Shown: positions 38,370-48,655 of the stretch, one piece after another
Layout: every line of letters starts with the position of its first letter
Numbering within the stretch: the first letter of the stretch is position 1
Source of the DNA: Fibrobacteria bacterium
GTDB lineage: Bacteria; Fibrobacterota; Fibrobacteria; UBA11236
Length of the DNA stretch: 64,000 nucleotides
NCBI GenBank assembly: GCA_043745805.1
Contig: JAYTSD010000045.1
Location: forward strand, 134,081-198,080
Direction: 5' to 3'
Position numbers and translations under genes: made by a program
Notes under the pieces: model-generated
Database searches by the model: none
The model's input: the letters and a program-made list of their open reading frames with translations, nothing else
Told to the model about the DNA's origin: nothing

Positions 38370-38714
38370 ATGTCTAGAGCAGCTACTACATCGGATATAT
38401 TCAATGCCGTCGCGGAATCCCATAGGCGTGACATTTTAAATTTTTTGGCTAGCCAAGAGCGATCGGTGGGGGAAATTGTAGCGAAGCTGGGTTTGGAACA
38501 ACCTTCCGTTTCAAAACATCTTCGGGTTTTGCGCGATGTTGATTTGGTGCATGTTCGGCGAGACGGCCGGCAAATGCTTTATCAGACTAATGCCGAAGCC
38601 ATTCGACCCTTGCATGATTGGACCAGCTTTTTCAAACAGTATTGGAGACATTATATTGAGACGAGCCTACCCAGTCTAATCATGACGGGTAAAGGGGTTG
38701 GTCCGAAGTGGTAA
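38370..38714 (+). CDS. ArsR/SmtB family regulator, C-terminus probably replaced at a junction
   Basis: MSRAATTSDIFNAVAE..RRDIL and QPSVSKHLRVL motifs; family resemblance stops after YWRH; no SRPBCC partner follows. Confidence 0.75.
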   Translation: MSRAATTSDIFNAVAESHRRDILNFLASQERSVGEIVAKLGLEQPSVSKHLRVLRDVDLVHVRRDGRQMLYQTNAEAIRPLHDWTSFFKQYWRHYIETSLPSLIMTGKGVGPKW

Positions 38715-38717
38715 GTG

Positions 38718-38870
38718 CTATTTTTGAATAGCCAATTCAATATGCCTAAGATGATGATTTCCATGCCAAGAATAAATAGCTGCGTTTTCAAATAAAGCGG
38801 TTGTCTTTTGGGTGCCGGGGTGATAAAAAGTTCGTTGCCAATCTTTTGATTCTTTATATGTTTCGTATAA
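38718..38870 (-). pseudogene. C-terminal fragment of a YfiT/DinB-family thiol transferase
   Basis: WQRTFYHP...YSWHGNHHLRHI motif; N-terminal two-thirds absent. Confidence 0.7.
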
Positions 38871-38928
38871 TAATAAACGAAATGTTTTTCCCGCATTCAA
38901 AACATACATCTCATTTCATAAGTCAGAC

Positions 38929-40668
38929 TTAGAAATGTATACTCATCCCTGCCCGATATTCCAGCTGATAATTTTCGAACCAATCGACTTTCAGCGTCTG
39001 ATCGAAACCGAAATTCTGGGTCAATAGAAATCTATGTCTCAGGCTCATATTTAACCAAGCCAGTGTTTCTTTGAAATGGCGAAAATCGAAATCCAGAGAA
39101 AATTTTTGGCTTGGAATGGGTGATAAAATCACTCCCGCTAATATGCCCGCAAAAGGATCGAAATGGATTCTTTCTATTGATGCTAAGCTTCCTCCAGTGG
39201 CCAAAGCAAAAATTACGAAGTGATTTCTAAGGGTAACCGGACCCGATTTTCCGAGCCCGATCAACAGGTTGCCGCGCGTTCTGTCGAAACCTAGAGATCG
39301 AGGTCCGCTTTCGAGATCGAGCGAGGCTTTCCAGACAAGGTTATGGATGAAATAAGATGAGGGTTCATAGTTGAACATATCCAATAAGGAAATTCGATTG
39401 AACCAAAGTGCATTGAAAGACACTGGAGTTTCTATTTCTATGCGGCCTAGTACCAGTTCGAAGGCATTGCCAGGGCTTTCACCGAAATCCATTCTATCAT
39501 GGAGGGCCGGTCTAGCTTCGAACACTAATGAGGGGATATGGTTTTTCCCCATCGCGAAGGACATTGCGAACTTACCGGGCTTATGACTATGAGACAAAGC
39601 ACGAGGTGGAGGAACCGGCTCTTGGATATATTGTGGGGCCTTGGTCCTAGCATTTAAAATCAGCGCTTTTTTAGCCATTAGATTAGTATCGGCAATTAGA
39701 GAACTGCCGTAGAGATAGTCCATATGCAGGTTAGCTGCGTCCAAAATTTTAGCAGCGGATATATCCAACGCGGTTAATATGCTCGGATTATAATCGTTCG
39801 CAACCAAATGGCGAAGCTCTCGCTTCTCAGGGTAGGTAAGGCTTTCAATGCGGTGGATTAATTCCGTCTTGATGGAAGGTACAAATACAGTGTCCTTGAT
39901 TAAGGTACTGCGTGATTCCATTTCCCGCAATAATCCTGGTGGTGTCGTTAAAATTCCAGAGCGTATATCGAGATTGGGAATGCTGGCTTCCAATAGAGAC
40001 CGGATATGATAAGCACAATTTTCCGAAAGAAAATAGTAGTAGAAAAATGTTGGTCTAAGTTCCCAGATATGATCGACAACCCGATTCTTTTCCTCCTCAG
40101 AAAGTGCCAATGGAAATAACCATTGCTCCCGCTTATCCAGATAGGCGTATTTCCGCATATTATCATTAAATTGGACGATGGAATAAACGCCTTTAAAATT
40201 GCCGGTTAAGCCATAGAAAATGACATGGAAGATATTCAGGCCATCCACCTTCGCCCCGAAGTTGACTGTATAATCCGTAAGGCCTGCAGTACCAGAAGTC
40301 TGCTTCCTATGCAATTTCAGATAAACATGACCAAAGGCCGAGGGAGGCGAATTGACATAGCTTGATGCAAATACCAAGGAGATCGAATCAACCGCCAAGG
40401 TTTTTTTGAAAGCTTGATAGTCCGGGCAAGTCGGAGTGGGAAGCGGTTTGTTTAAGGTATAGTGGGCCAGTATATAGTGGGCTCTGGCTGGAAACCGACA
40501 TAAGAAATGCTGGTCAGTCGTATCTTCTTGGTTTTGCAGGGCCTGGATATCTGCGACCCATTCGGAATCCGGCTGGAGTTTTCCTTGTTTATGGAGAAAA
40601 AAAGATTCTCCATCTACTTCGCTTTCGATTTTGCCGAAGATGTTTTGGCGATAATGGAGAAGCCTCAT
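38929..40668 (-). CDS. DUF4105 (Lnb N-terminal-like, His/Cys) protein with C-terminal beta-barrel-like region; probably extends to 40743
   Basis: RLLHY, CRFPAR, PSAFGH and YYFLSENCA motifs; terminal Phe. Confidence 0.8.
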   Translation of the reverse strand: MRLLHYRQNIFGKIESEVDGESFFLHKQGKLQPDSEWVADIQALQNQEDTTDQHFLCRFPARAHYILAHYTLNKPLPTPTCPDYQAFKKTLAVDSISLVFASSYVNSPPSAFGHVYLKLHRKQTSGTAGLTDYTVNFGAKVDGLNIFHVIFYGLTGNFKGVYSIVQFNDNMRKYAYLDKREQWLFPLALSEEEKNRVVDHIWELRPTFFYYYFLSENCAYHIRSLLEASIPNLDIRSGILTTPPGLLREMESRSTLIKDTVFVPSIKTELIHRIESLTYPEKRELRHLVANDYNPSILTALDISAAKILDAANLHMDYLYGSSLIADTNLMAKKALILNARTKAPQYIQEPVPPPRALSHSHKPGKFAMSFAMGKNHIPSLVFEARPALHDRMDFGESPGNAFELVLGRIEIETPVSFNALWFNRISLLDMFNYEPSSYFIHNLVWKASLDLESGPRSLGFDRTRGNLLIGLGKSGPVTLRNHFVIFALATGGSLASIERIHFDPFAGILAGVILSPIPSQKFSLDFDFRHFKETLAWLNMSLRHRFLLTQNFGFDQTLKVDWFENYQLEYRAGMSIHF

Positions 40669-40742
40669 CCATTCAGATGAGGTTTCTCCATATCCAAGAC
40701 CGAAACCTAAACATAGGAGGAGAGCAGCGAATAAGGATTGGA

Positions 40743-41393
40743 TTAGGCTTTTATCTTGCTGAAGTAATAATCTGAAACTTTACTCCCGAAGTTAACCACG
40801 TTTTTGCCTTCGGTACGCAAGATACCTTGTAAATCAGCAATAACAGCAGGGGCTTTATCCGATCCTGTTTGGAAGATCTCGTAAACGAGAGCATTCAAAT
40901 ACTTGCCATTGGAACGTGCCAAGTCATCGGCAACCTGCTGATAGTTCATCATTACAAAACGCTTAATCTCGGTATCTTTCTTGAAATCGATAGTTCCCGT
41001 GGAAGCTTCAAGATTAATGAAATAATTGCTAGGTGCATATTCCCACATCGTCTCATTGGAGATGTCGGTGGTTGAAGAGAAGGTGCCAGAAGGAATCAGG
41101 AAATTGAGCAAGAAAACTATGCTCATCTTGCTTTCTACGATTTGTTGCTTTTCGGCATAACCAGTTTTTTTGATCACGAGCCTTGCTCCACCTTTGGCTC
41201 TTGGTATAGCGCCAATAAAAGGGGTTTGACCCAACTCTACACTAGTGCCATCGCCCTTAACAAAGGTTATGCTGGCGCCTTTTACGTTGGAATCCACATT
41301 GATTAATTGGGTTTTACCATTGATCATTCCTGCGCAGCCGATGAAGAGGGCGGTGAGAGGAATGGCGCAAAAAGCAAGCAAGGTATTTTTCAT
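40743..41393 (-). CDS. lipoprotein with PEGA-like domain and helical (DUF3015-like) C-terminus
   Basis: Leader ending FIG-C; VDSNVKGA.I, GQTP and KKTGY motifs; DLARSNGKYLNAL. Confidence 0.65.
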   Translation of the reverse strand: MKNTLLAFCAIPLTALFIGCAGMINGKTQLINVDSNVKGASITFVKGDGTSVELGQTPFIGAIPRAKGGARLVIKKTGYAEKQQIVESKMSIVFLLNFLIPSGTFSSTTDISNETMWEYAPSNYFINLEASTGTIDFKKDTEIKRFVMMNYQQVADDLARSNGKYLNALVYEIFQTGSDKAPAVIADLQGILRTEGKNVVNFGSKVSDYYFSKIKA

Positions 41394-41605
41394 GATATCT
41401 CCGAGTTTAGGGTGTGCAATGTGCCCCAAATGTAGTCACGGCTCATTTTTTTTTTCAACGGTTTGGTAGGATCATTCAAGTTCGATTAATTGAATTGATT
41501 ATTTCCGAATATCTCTTCTAATCATTGATCGATGTGAGCATTAAATTATGGCACTAGAAGCCCAAGATTTTAAAAGTATTTTTTGGGGATGGGGGAAAGT
41601 GAAAA

Positions 41606-41947
41606 ATGAAAATCGACGATAAAATCGCGGAACATTATAAATGGGGAAAAAATTGCGATGGATGGCATTTTCTAAAATCAGAAAATCTTTCTGTTATTAA
41701 AGAGAGAGTTCCGCCTGGCGAATCGGAAAAGTTGCATTATCATACATTTTCAAGACAGTTTTTTTTCGTTTTGCAAGGAGAAGCGCATTTAGAAATTGAG
41801 GGGGTAGTCCATTCTCTTTTAGCTCATCAAGGGATTGAGGTTGCGCCTGGTCAAAAGCACAAATTCAAAAATCAATCGCAAGAAGATGTTGAGTTTCTGG
41901 TTATCTCCTCGCCCAAAAGTCATGGAGATAGGGTAGATCAAGAATAA
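41606..41947 (+). CDS. cupin domain protein
   Basis: HYKWG.NCDGW, HYH..SRQFFFVL.G and SHGDR motifs. Confidence 0.88.
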   Translation: MKIDDKIAEHYKWGKNCDGWHFLKSENLSVIKERVPPGESEKLHYHTFSRQFFFVLQGEAHLEIEGVVHSLLAHQGIEVAPGQKHKFKNQSQEDVEFLVISSPKSHGDRVDQE

Positions 41948-42006
41948 AGCTTAAATTTATAGGGTAACACCGGATTTCCGGCATTACAAACGAAACGAAG
42001 AAAATC

Positions 42007-42461
42007 ATGACCATACGCAATCATTTCGACATAGAAGCACTCCGCAAAATCGGCCACATTGTTGCCGAGACCTTGGAGCTGATGAAGGAGAGTATCGAGA
42101 AAGGTATCACTACGCTAGACCAGGCCGCAAGCTCAATCGAGCGGGCAAAGCTATTGAGGACGAGGCGCATCGCAATGGATTTGAAACCATTCGCAATTTA
42201 ACTGGCCATGGAACGGGCGGAGCGCTGCATGAGTATCCAGATCACATTTATAACTATTTCGAACCGAAGCAAAAAGAGATATTTACCAAAGGCATGGTAG
42301 TGGCTATCGAGACTTTTGTTTCTACGGGAGCGGATTATGCGGAAGAGGCAGGCGATGGCTGGACGCTTACTACGGATGACCATAGCTTTGTAGCGCAATA
42401 CGAGCATTCGCTTATTGTGACTGAGGGAGAGCCGATTATTTTAACTCAGGTGCTAAGGTAA
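42007..42461 (+). pseudogene. map: type I methionine aminopeptidase with internal deletion and frameshift
   Basis: N-terminus ALRKIGHIVA..GITTLD; after about 42120 another frame gives LTGHGTGGALHEYP..GMVVAIETF..DGWT..AQYEHS to TAA at 42459-42461. The middle metal-binding Asp region is missing. Confidence 0.85.
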
Positions 42462-42647
42462 CCGAAACTAATCTATGTATCCGAAGCCGGTTATTGCTAA
42501 TGAAAATAACAGCGCAAAAAGAATTATGGTGATTAGCGCGAATTACATGCAACCCGACTTCGTGTAGGCTATTATGCTTGACTCCAGCCCAAGGGCTGGC
42601 ATGGTATGCAGAAGTTACCCCACACAAAGAAAAGATCGTAGATATTT

Positions 42648-43154
42648 TTATTTTTTCGTAAGGCGTGCCACCAATTCTTCCAGTTGATCCAGGCAAGCGA
42701 CATAGCCTTCCTTGAACCCCATCTTGATTTGGGCTTCGAGATGCTCAATCGAATCGCAGCTGATGTTGTTGGTGACAAGGGTGATGCCATTCTTTTCGGT
42801 GAAGGAGTTATTCCAGGTCGAACCTGTTGTCTCGGGTTTCACATTTCCATTTTCATCGCAGAAGTAGCTTCGGTACACGAAGTTTTTCTGTGGAGTTATC
42901 TTCGAAAAGTTCTTCAATCCCCAAAACTTTTGGCCTTCGGGACTGACCATGGCATACAGCCATTGTCCGCCTTCGGAAAAATCCATGGACTTGGTTTCCG
43001 CCCACCAAGGTTTGGGCGCCCACCATTGTTCCAGTAATTCGGCTTCAGTCCAAGCCGACCAAACTAGAGCGAGTGGCGCATCGAAGGAACGCTTCACCGT
43101 AACCGTTAGGTTATCCTTGTCTATCGTGAAGTTGAAAATTTTCTCTTGATTCAT
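42648..43154 (-). CDS. SRPBCC (AHSA1-like) domain protein
   Basis: RSFDAPLALVWSAWT..LEQWWAP and MGFKEG motifs; ATGA overlap with the ArsR gene. Confidence 0.88.
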   Translation of the reverse strand: MNQEKIFNFTIDKDNLTVTVKRSFDAPLALVWSAWTEAELLEQWWAPKPWWAETKSMDFSEGGQWLYAMVSPEGQKFWGLKNFSKITPQKNFVYRSYFCDENGNVKPETTGSTWNNSFTEKNGITLVTNNISCDSIEHLEAQIKMGFKEGYVACLDQLEELVARLTKK

Positions 43155-43471
43155 TTTTTCCTCGCTTTTAATTGGGTTAATACATTGTCTAGTTGTGTGA
43201 ATCGCTTGGCCATCAAGGCTTTGAATTGTTCTATCCATTTTTCGATTTCATGCATTTTATTCGCCTTCAAATGGTATTGAATTTCCCGCCCTTGCTGTTC
43301 CTGTTCCAATAGATCGCATTCCACCAGAATTTGAATATGTTTCGAAACGGCCTGTCGACTGGTGTCAAAATGCTCGGCCATGGCATTAGGTGTCATGGCT
43401 TGCACGGCCAGGAGCATCACAATGGCGCGCCTAGTCGGGTCAGCAATGGCCTGAAAAATGTCTCTTCTCAT
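43151..43471 (-). CDS. ArsR/SmtB family regulator
   Basis: MRRDIFQAIADPTRR and SRQAVSKH motifs; AGGAG RBS; imperfect GCAA..GGTTGC palindrome upstream at about 43518-43537. Confidence 0.9.
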   Translation of the reverse strand: MRRDIFQAIADPTRRAIVMLLAVQAMTPNAMAEHFDTSRQAVSKHIQILVECDLLEQEQQGREIQYHLKANKMHEIEKWIEQFKALMAKRFTQLDNVLTQLKARKK

Positions 43472-43552
43472 TAAACTCCTTACGGCTAATATGCAGCCGT
43501 TCAGTAGCAAATATACATGCAATCAATCGGTTGCGCAATGGGTTTTTCAAGT

Positions 43553-44255
43553 TTAACGGTAATGCAAGCAGTACGCTTCACCGTAAATCTTTATTAGAAA
43601 TTCGTCGATGACTCCTAATCCATGAACAATTTCACTTTCCACATATGTTGCAGAAATGACTTCATCTTTTGGTCCGCAAAGGTGGTCGAAATACAGGTCC
43701 TGATCAGAGTCTCCAATTTTTACGGGATTTGTTTTCAAATAACCGTATGTTGAATCCGAGGATACCTTGTGAATTTTAAAATCCGATGATTTACAAAAAT
43801 TATTTCTGTTGGAATTTGTAGGATTTATTTCATCATATTTCCACGCTAACTCTTTTGTTTTTTTCTTTATCTCTTTAATATCTGAACAACCTTTTACAGA
43901 TTGGCATATCCCTTTAACGATTGCCTTCGCTCTATCGCTTTCGGGACCACATGTTGGATCTTGGCTAATTTCCGTTTTGACGTAGATATCCGACTCCTTA
44001 TCATTCACGCTATAATACACCGCAACCAATGTTTCCCATTCATGCGCTCGAAGCCCTCTTTTTCCAATAACAGCTTTTTCATTTATATCGAGATATACAA
44101 ATCCTTCTTTAGAAAGAGCCATTATTTGAAGGCTGTAGCGAATCATTTTTTTTGAAATCAACTTCTTCTGTTCCAAGAAAATGCGAAAAATTGGCTCTGT
44201 TGTATGAGCAACCTGAGACCAAAGTGAATACCAAGAAGCAGAGTAATATTTTCAT
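43553..44255 (-). pseudogene. hypothetical lipoprotein split by a frameshift in an A8 run
   Basis: MKILLCFLVFTLVSG-C leader (44255) joins the 43553-44176 frame if the A8 at 44146-44153 were A7. Confidence 0.6.
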
Positions 44256-44406
44256 TGCTCTCTTTGGCGAATTCAAGACCAATTCCATTTGCGATACCAT
44301 TCCATTCTTTTAAACTGGGCTTATTGAGAAATAATTGCTGCTGAGTGAGTAAAGATAGTAGGTTATGAAGAAAATAGAATCAGTATAAAAAATTTTGCTT
44401 TCCCAC

Positions 44407-44950
44407 TCACTGACGCACATTGCGCAAATGTGTAGCGGCTTTACCATCAACAACTTTGTCAATTCGAAATTGCGTTCCAGGTTCACTTATATTCTCGAAG
44501 AGTCTTGTCCCGCCGCCAAATAGAACAGGCGCTAAGGCAATTTCCAATTCTTCAACGATACCCATGCTCAAGTATTGTTGTATCAAGTTTGCTCCGCCTG
44601 CGATACGAATATCACGACTACCAGCAGACTCCCGAGCCAATTCAAGGGCGCGCTCTGCTCCTTCGTTGACGAAGTAAAACGTCGTTCCACCTGGGCGTAC
44701 CCAAGGTTCGCGCTTCTCATGCGTAAGTACATAAACTGGAGTATGAAATGGTGCTTCCTCTGGCCACATGAGTTCACCCATTTCGAACATTCGCTTGCCC
44801 ATAATATTGGCACCAATACGTTATGTGGTGTTTTTCACCATGTCATTAACCGGACCGGTTTCTCCGCCTGGACCGAACTTAAGGTTCTTGCGGAAGTACT
44901 GCAAATTAATAAGCCAGCACATTAATGCTCCCCACTTAGGTCCCCAGATT
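44407..44950 (-). pseudogene. dihydrofolate reductase/RibD-C family protein, 5'-truncated with an in-frame stop
   Basis: GETGPVND..TT*RIGANIMGKRMF..PFHTPVYVLTH..AGGA..PVLFGGG; TAA at 44821-44823. Confidence 0.8.
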
Positions 44951-44954
44951 TGAG

Positions 44955-45290
44955 GTTTCTCGTTTCATTATTTTTTATATCTATTCGCTCACAAGATTTA
45001 CGAGTTACGGGATATCCTTTTTTCCGATAATAAAGAGTATCTTTTGATGTTCCTAAAAGTTTTAGGATATGGTTACGACTCACTTTAAACTCTCCGGAAT
45101 AACCTTCTAATTCTGCCCTTGTCGTTTTGCATCAGTGTCCAACTTTTTTTAAAATCTTAATATCTAGCGTCGCTTCCCCTAAAGCCTTTTTCAGTTCTTC
45201 ATCCACCTGATCCGCGACAACAATGTTTTAAAATTTCCTCTATCATCAGTTCTCCTTTTTTAAGTTTGAACTGGTTCGAAAATTCACTCA
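44955..45290 (-). mobile_element. IS3-family remnant
   Basis: TG-initiated end at 45290, AAGGAG RBS, OrfA tail EELKKALGEATLDIKILKK, AAAAAAAG slippery site (45143-45150), and OrfB start ILKLLGTSKDTLYYR. Confidence 0.6.
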
Positions 45291-45717
45291 AATAAGATCA
45301 AATCCTCAATAGCGCTGCACGACCATGTGAACCGCCAAATAGCCTAATGCTTCCCTTTGGGGCCATAGCACTTATACCGATATTGTTAATTTTTTTTTTC
45401 AATAGTCTGAAATGAATCGGCATGAGTTTGGTTCGCCGAAAAAATGACGCTTAACAAAAGAAACAGATCATATCGGTTAAGAAATGATTTTTGGTGTTTT
45501 TGCATTATTTATTAAAACTTTATTGCCGAATTCATACATAATTTACTTTTTGAATCTTAAGATTACCCACTCGATTTAGAATATGCAATGCAGGTCAAAA
45601 TATTTTTAAAATTATACCTCTATTCTCACCGTGTTATTTAAAACCAGTAAACTGGATTGGAGGTATATTAGACCAAAGTATTGAAGTTCAATATTCGATT
45701 GAAGAGGGTCGTGAATC

Positions 45718-47259
45718 TTGTTAATAATTAACTCATCGCCAAAATTTTCCCAAAGTAATTTTATTCTAGCGATAATTCTATTCGCATCGCTTTATGCAAA
45801 GTCAGTATTTGCCAAAACCATAATCTATTCGGCCCCAGTTGGCATACAAGGTGCATCCGATGTAAAAGTATTAGTCGATGGAAAGCCACTTTTCGTTTAT
45901 AATACACCAGTCAATTTTAATCGTAACTATAGTGAAAATCCGAATTTGGAAATGACTCCTATGGCTTACTTCGATTTTTCAGGCCAGGTTAATCTACAAG
46001 TTATTTTTTCGGGTAAGAAAATTGATAAGGTGGACATACGACCTAAATCTTATGGTATAGCCTCGCAGATAAAATTAGATACGGTGCAATTTTTACTTTC
46101 TCATCCTGGGCAAATAACGTTGGAGATCAATGGCGATTTGCATCGGGCGATACATATTTTTGCCAATCCCGAAGAAATTAATCCGCCCAAACAGGGGGAT
46201 GCAAATGTGCAATACTTTGGACCAGGAATTCATCGGCCTGGGAAAATTCAAGTTCCCACCGGAGGTACGGTTTATATTGCTGGTGGCGCTGTAGTTTATG
46301 GATATATACGCGCACAAAATGTGAAGCAAGTCAAAATTTTAGGCCGCGGCATTATAGATGGGGGAGAATACGATCGTTGGAGGGATGTAATCTATCCCAT
46401 TGGATTAGAGTATTGCCAAGATTGTTCTATGGAAGGCTTGATAATTTTAAATCCGGCAGCTTGGACTTTGCAAGTTTATCAGTCGCAAAATATAAATTTA
46501 CAAAACATAAAAATTATTTCGGCACGCGCAAATTCCGATGGCATAACTATTCAATCCTGTCAGCATGTTAAAGTCAGTAATTGTTTTATGCGAACTTGGG
46601 ATGATAGTTTTGTGATTAAAGATTATGAGGGTAACTCCAAAGATATTACCGCTACGGATTGTGTGATCTGGACGGATTTGGCGCAGTCTCTGGAAATTGG
46701 TTATGAAACTCGTGGCGATTCGTTAACCGATATTAATTTTAAAAATATAGATGTGATACATAATTTACATAAGCCAGTATTAAGTATACATGCAGGGGAT
46801 CAAGGTATTATCCGTAATGTGCATTATGAAAATATTCGAGTGGAAGATGCCACCAATAAATTAGTGGAACTCTGGATTGGGCAAGCAGTATGGAATCACG
46901 GCGCGTTGCGTGGAAAAATTTTGGATATTTATTATAAAAACATTCAAGTTACCGGTGGCCCTTTTGCGGATTCGTATATGTCAGGCTTTGATGGCGCACA
47001 TAATATTGACAATATTAATTTTGAAGGATTAAATATTTTAGGGCAAGATATTTTAAATGCAAATGCAGGAAAATTCAATTTAGCCTCATTTGTTACTAAT
47101 GTGCATTTTACTAAGGCTACCGTTGGGCTATCTCCGCTTTTTCATAAAAACCAAAAAAATGATTTAAGATTAAAAATGCATGGTCATCAATGGGTGGTAA
47201 GCTCTCCCGATCTGAATAATGAGTGGACGGATTTAAAAGGACTATGGAAGAAACAGTAA
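45718..47259 (+). CDS. secreted right-handed beta-helix glycoside hydrolase (GH28-like)
   Basis: Signal peptide; YFGPGIH, VYIAGGAVV, GRGIIDG, NSDGI and WDD motifs. Confidence 0.75.
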   Translation: MLIINSSPKFSQSNFILAIILFASLYAKSVFAKTIIYSAPVGIQGASDVKVLVDGKPLFVYNTPVNFNRNYSENPNLEMTPMAYFDFSGQVNLQVIFSGKKIDKVDIRPKSYGIASQIKLDTVQFLLSHPGQITLEINGDLHRAIHIFANPEEINPPKQGDANVQYFGPGIHRPGKIQVPTGGTVYIAGGAVVYGYIRAQNVKQVKILGRGIIDGGEYDRWRDVIYPIGLEYCQDCSMEGLIILNPAAWTLQVYQSQNINLQNIKIISARANSDGITIQSCQHVKVSNCFMRTWDDSFVIKDYEGNSKDITATDCVIWTDLAQSLEIGYETRGDSLTDINFKNIDVIHNLHKPVLSIHAGDQGIIRNVHYENIRVEDATNKLVELWIGQAVWNHGALRGKILDIYYKNIQVTGGPFADSYMSGFDGAHNIDNINFEGLNILGQDILNANAGKFNLASFVTNVHFTKATVGLSPLFHKNQKNDLRLKMHGHQWVVSSPDLNNEWTDLKGLWKKQ

Positions 47260-47299
47260 CAAAAAAACGCCATGGCTTGGAATTCAAAAAAGCGACTAT

Positions 47300-47525
47300 C
47301 TCCAAAGCCAAAGATTTGGGTAAAGTGCCTGTATTTCTCGCTGCTCACGTTGTGTGACCCATAATTTATTCTGATACTTTTTTTGTCTGTATATAACACT
47401 AAAGTATGCGAAATGCCTTCAATAATCCGAATAAGACAATGCCAGGCCCCATCTATCTCAATCTGCTTATATACTTCGATATGAATTCTTCTTTTGTTAG
47501 CGGAGGTTTTGGTGTAACCTTTATT
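47300..47525 (-). pseudogene. eroded tyrosine integrase C-terminal remnant
   Basis: Across shifted frames, in the correct order: YTKTSANKRRIHI, KAFR(H)T, IMGHT and SEKYRH. Lies next to a tRNA-derived att-like site. Confidence 0.45.
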
Positions 47526-47584
47526 TTCTGAAAGCCTATCAAAGTGGCGAGAAAAACAAATCGATGGAACTCAATATGTTCCCT

Positions 47585-47800
47585 AAAACCCAAAAAACTC
47601 CTCACTACTAAGAAGTTTTTTGGATCGGGTTAAGCGACTCGAACGCTCGACCTTCTTCTTGGCAAGAAACTCATAAGATTTTGCCACCTTTTCTAAAGGT
47701 CACTGTAACACAATAAAACCAAGTATTTAAACTTGATTTTATTGTGTTGTATTTTTTGGTTTATACTCCGCAATCAATCCGGGCACTCTAAGCAGGTGCA
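47585..47800 (-). repeat. att-like repeat copy 1 containing the 3' half of tRNA-Gly(GCC) (47621-47666) and a downstream hairpin
   Basis: Near-identical to 55439-55702; reverse complement CTTGCCAAGAAGAAGGTCGAGCGTTCGAGTCGCTTAACCCGATCCA. Confidence 0.85.
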
Positions 47801-47927
47801 AAGGGTAATGTTCAAACTCAGGTCTTTCCTAAGACTTTTCTTATTGCTTTATTTTTTATGAATGATAATACTTGTAAGATTGTGTCTAGCTGAGAGATCA
47901 AAGATTATCAAGTCAATTCTCCGATAA

Positions 47928-47956
47928 GCTGACTCTTAATCAACGGGTCGAAGGTT
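47928..47956 (+). repeat. tRNA-Lys(CTT) fragment (att-like, degenerate)
   Basis: GCTGACTCTTAATCAACGGGTCGAAGGTT; matches 57147-57170. Confidence 0.65.
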
Positions 47957-48292
47957 AAATCTATTTAATTACCGGCCAGGTAAGCCCAGCCGAGTTTGAG
48001 AAGAGGGCTTGTTTTGTTTAACTGACTGTCTGTGAACAGGGGCACAGATCATTTCCATCGACGTGGAATTTATGTGCAACCATGTATTGAGACGGAGTAG
48101 ACGCAGCGTGCGTTAGTGCTGCGCATTCAAGTATCGCCATGTACATAAATATTGATTTTGATTCGTTCATGTTACCACCAGGTTGTTAAAGAAAGTTTTG
48201 ATTCCCGATAACCTACAATTAAATCAGACCCAACTCTAAATTCTTTTTGAAAGTTTGAGGAGGAGGGTTTTCTGATCTATTGGCTCTGCTTA

Positions 48293-48440
48293 TTGGCATT
48301 TCCATGGGTAATCCATAATATGATGCACGGTATATCTTGGTTTTGGGAATTTCATAAGGTCCACCATCCTATTATAGATTTGGATTGGCTTGGAAGTATG
48401 CGTTTTCATTGGGTTGAAGCAGTCATTTACAAAATCTCTT
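48293..48440 (+). pseudogene. sterol desaturase/fatty acid hydroxylase family fragment
   Basis: HNMMH..WEFHKVHH..DWL...RFHWVE His boxes; both ends are missing. Confidence 0.7.
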
Positions 48441-48449
48441 TGATGATGC

Positions 48450-48588
48450 GCTACAATATTAAACCTTTTTATCGACTAGACTGCGGCGCATCGTCCGCCC
48501 CATAGTGAGTACCTGAAATTCAATGAAAAGAATGGTAATGGTCAAATCATCCTCTACTTAAAACTTCAGCCTTTTTCGGGGGATTACA
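48450..48588 (+). mobile_element. IS3-family right end (decayed OrfB tail plus right inverted repeat)
   Basis: Reverse complement TGTAATCCCCCGAAAAAGGCTGAAGTTTTAAGTAGA matches the IS left end at 63903; decayed RYN..P..EYLK coding tail. Confidence 0.7.
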
Positions 48589-48655
48589 ACTTGGCAATGA
48601 TTCATATCCAAGCAATAAATTGGTTTTTTTCTTTTTGAAAAAAAGACTATGGCAA

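Noticed and set aside
37300..45300. Integron cassette array
   Set aside because: Genes are in mixed orientations, no RYYYAAC..GTTRRRY attC structures were found by eye, and there is no integron integrase.
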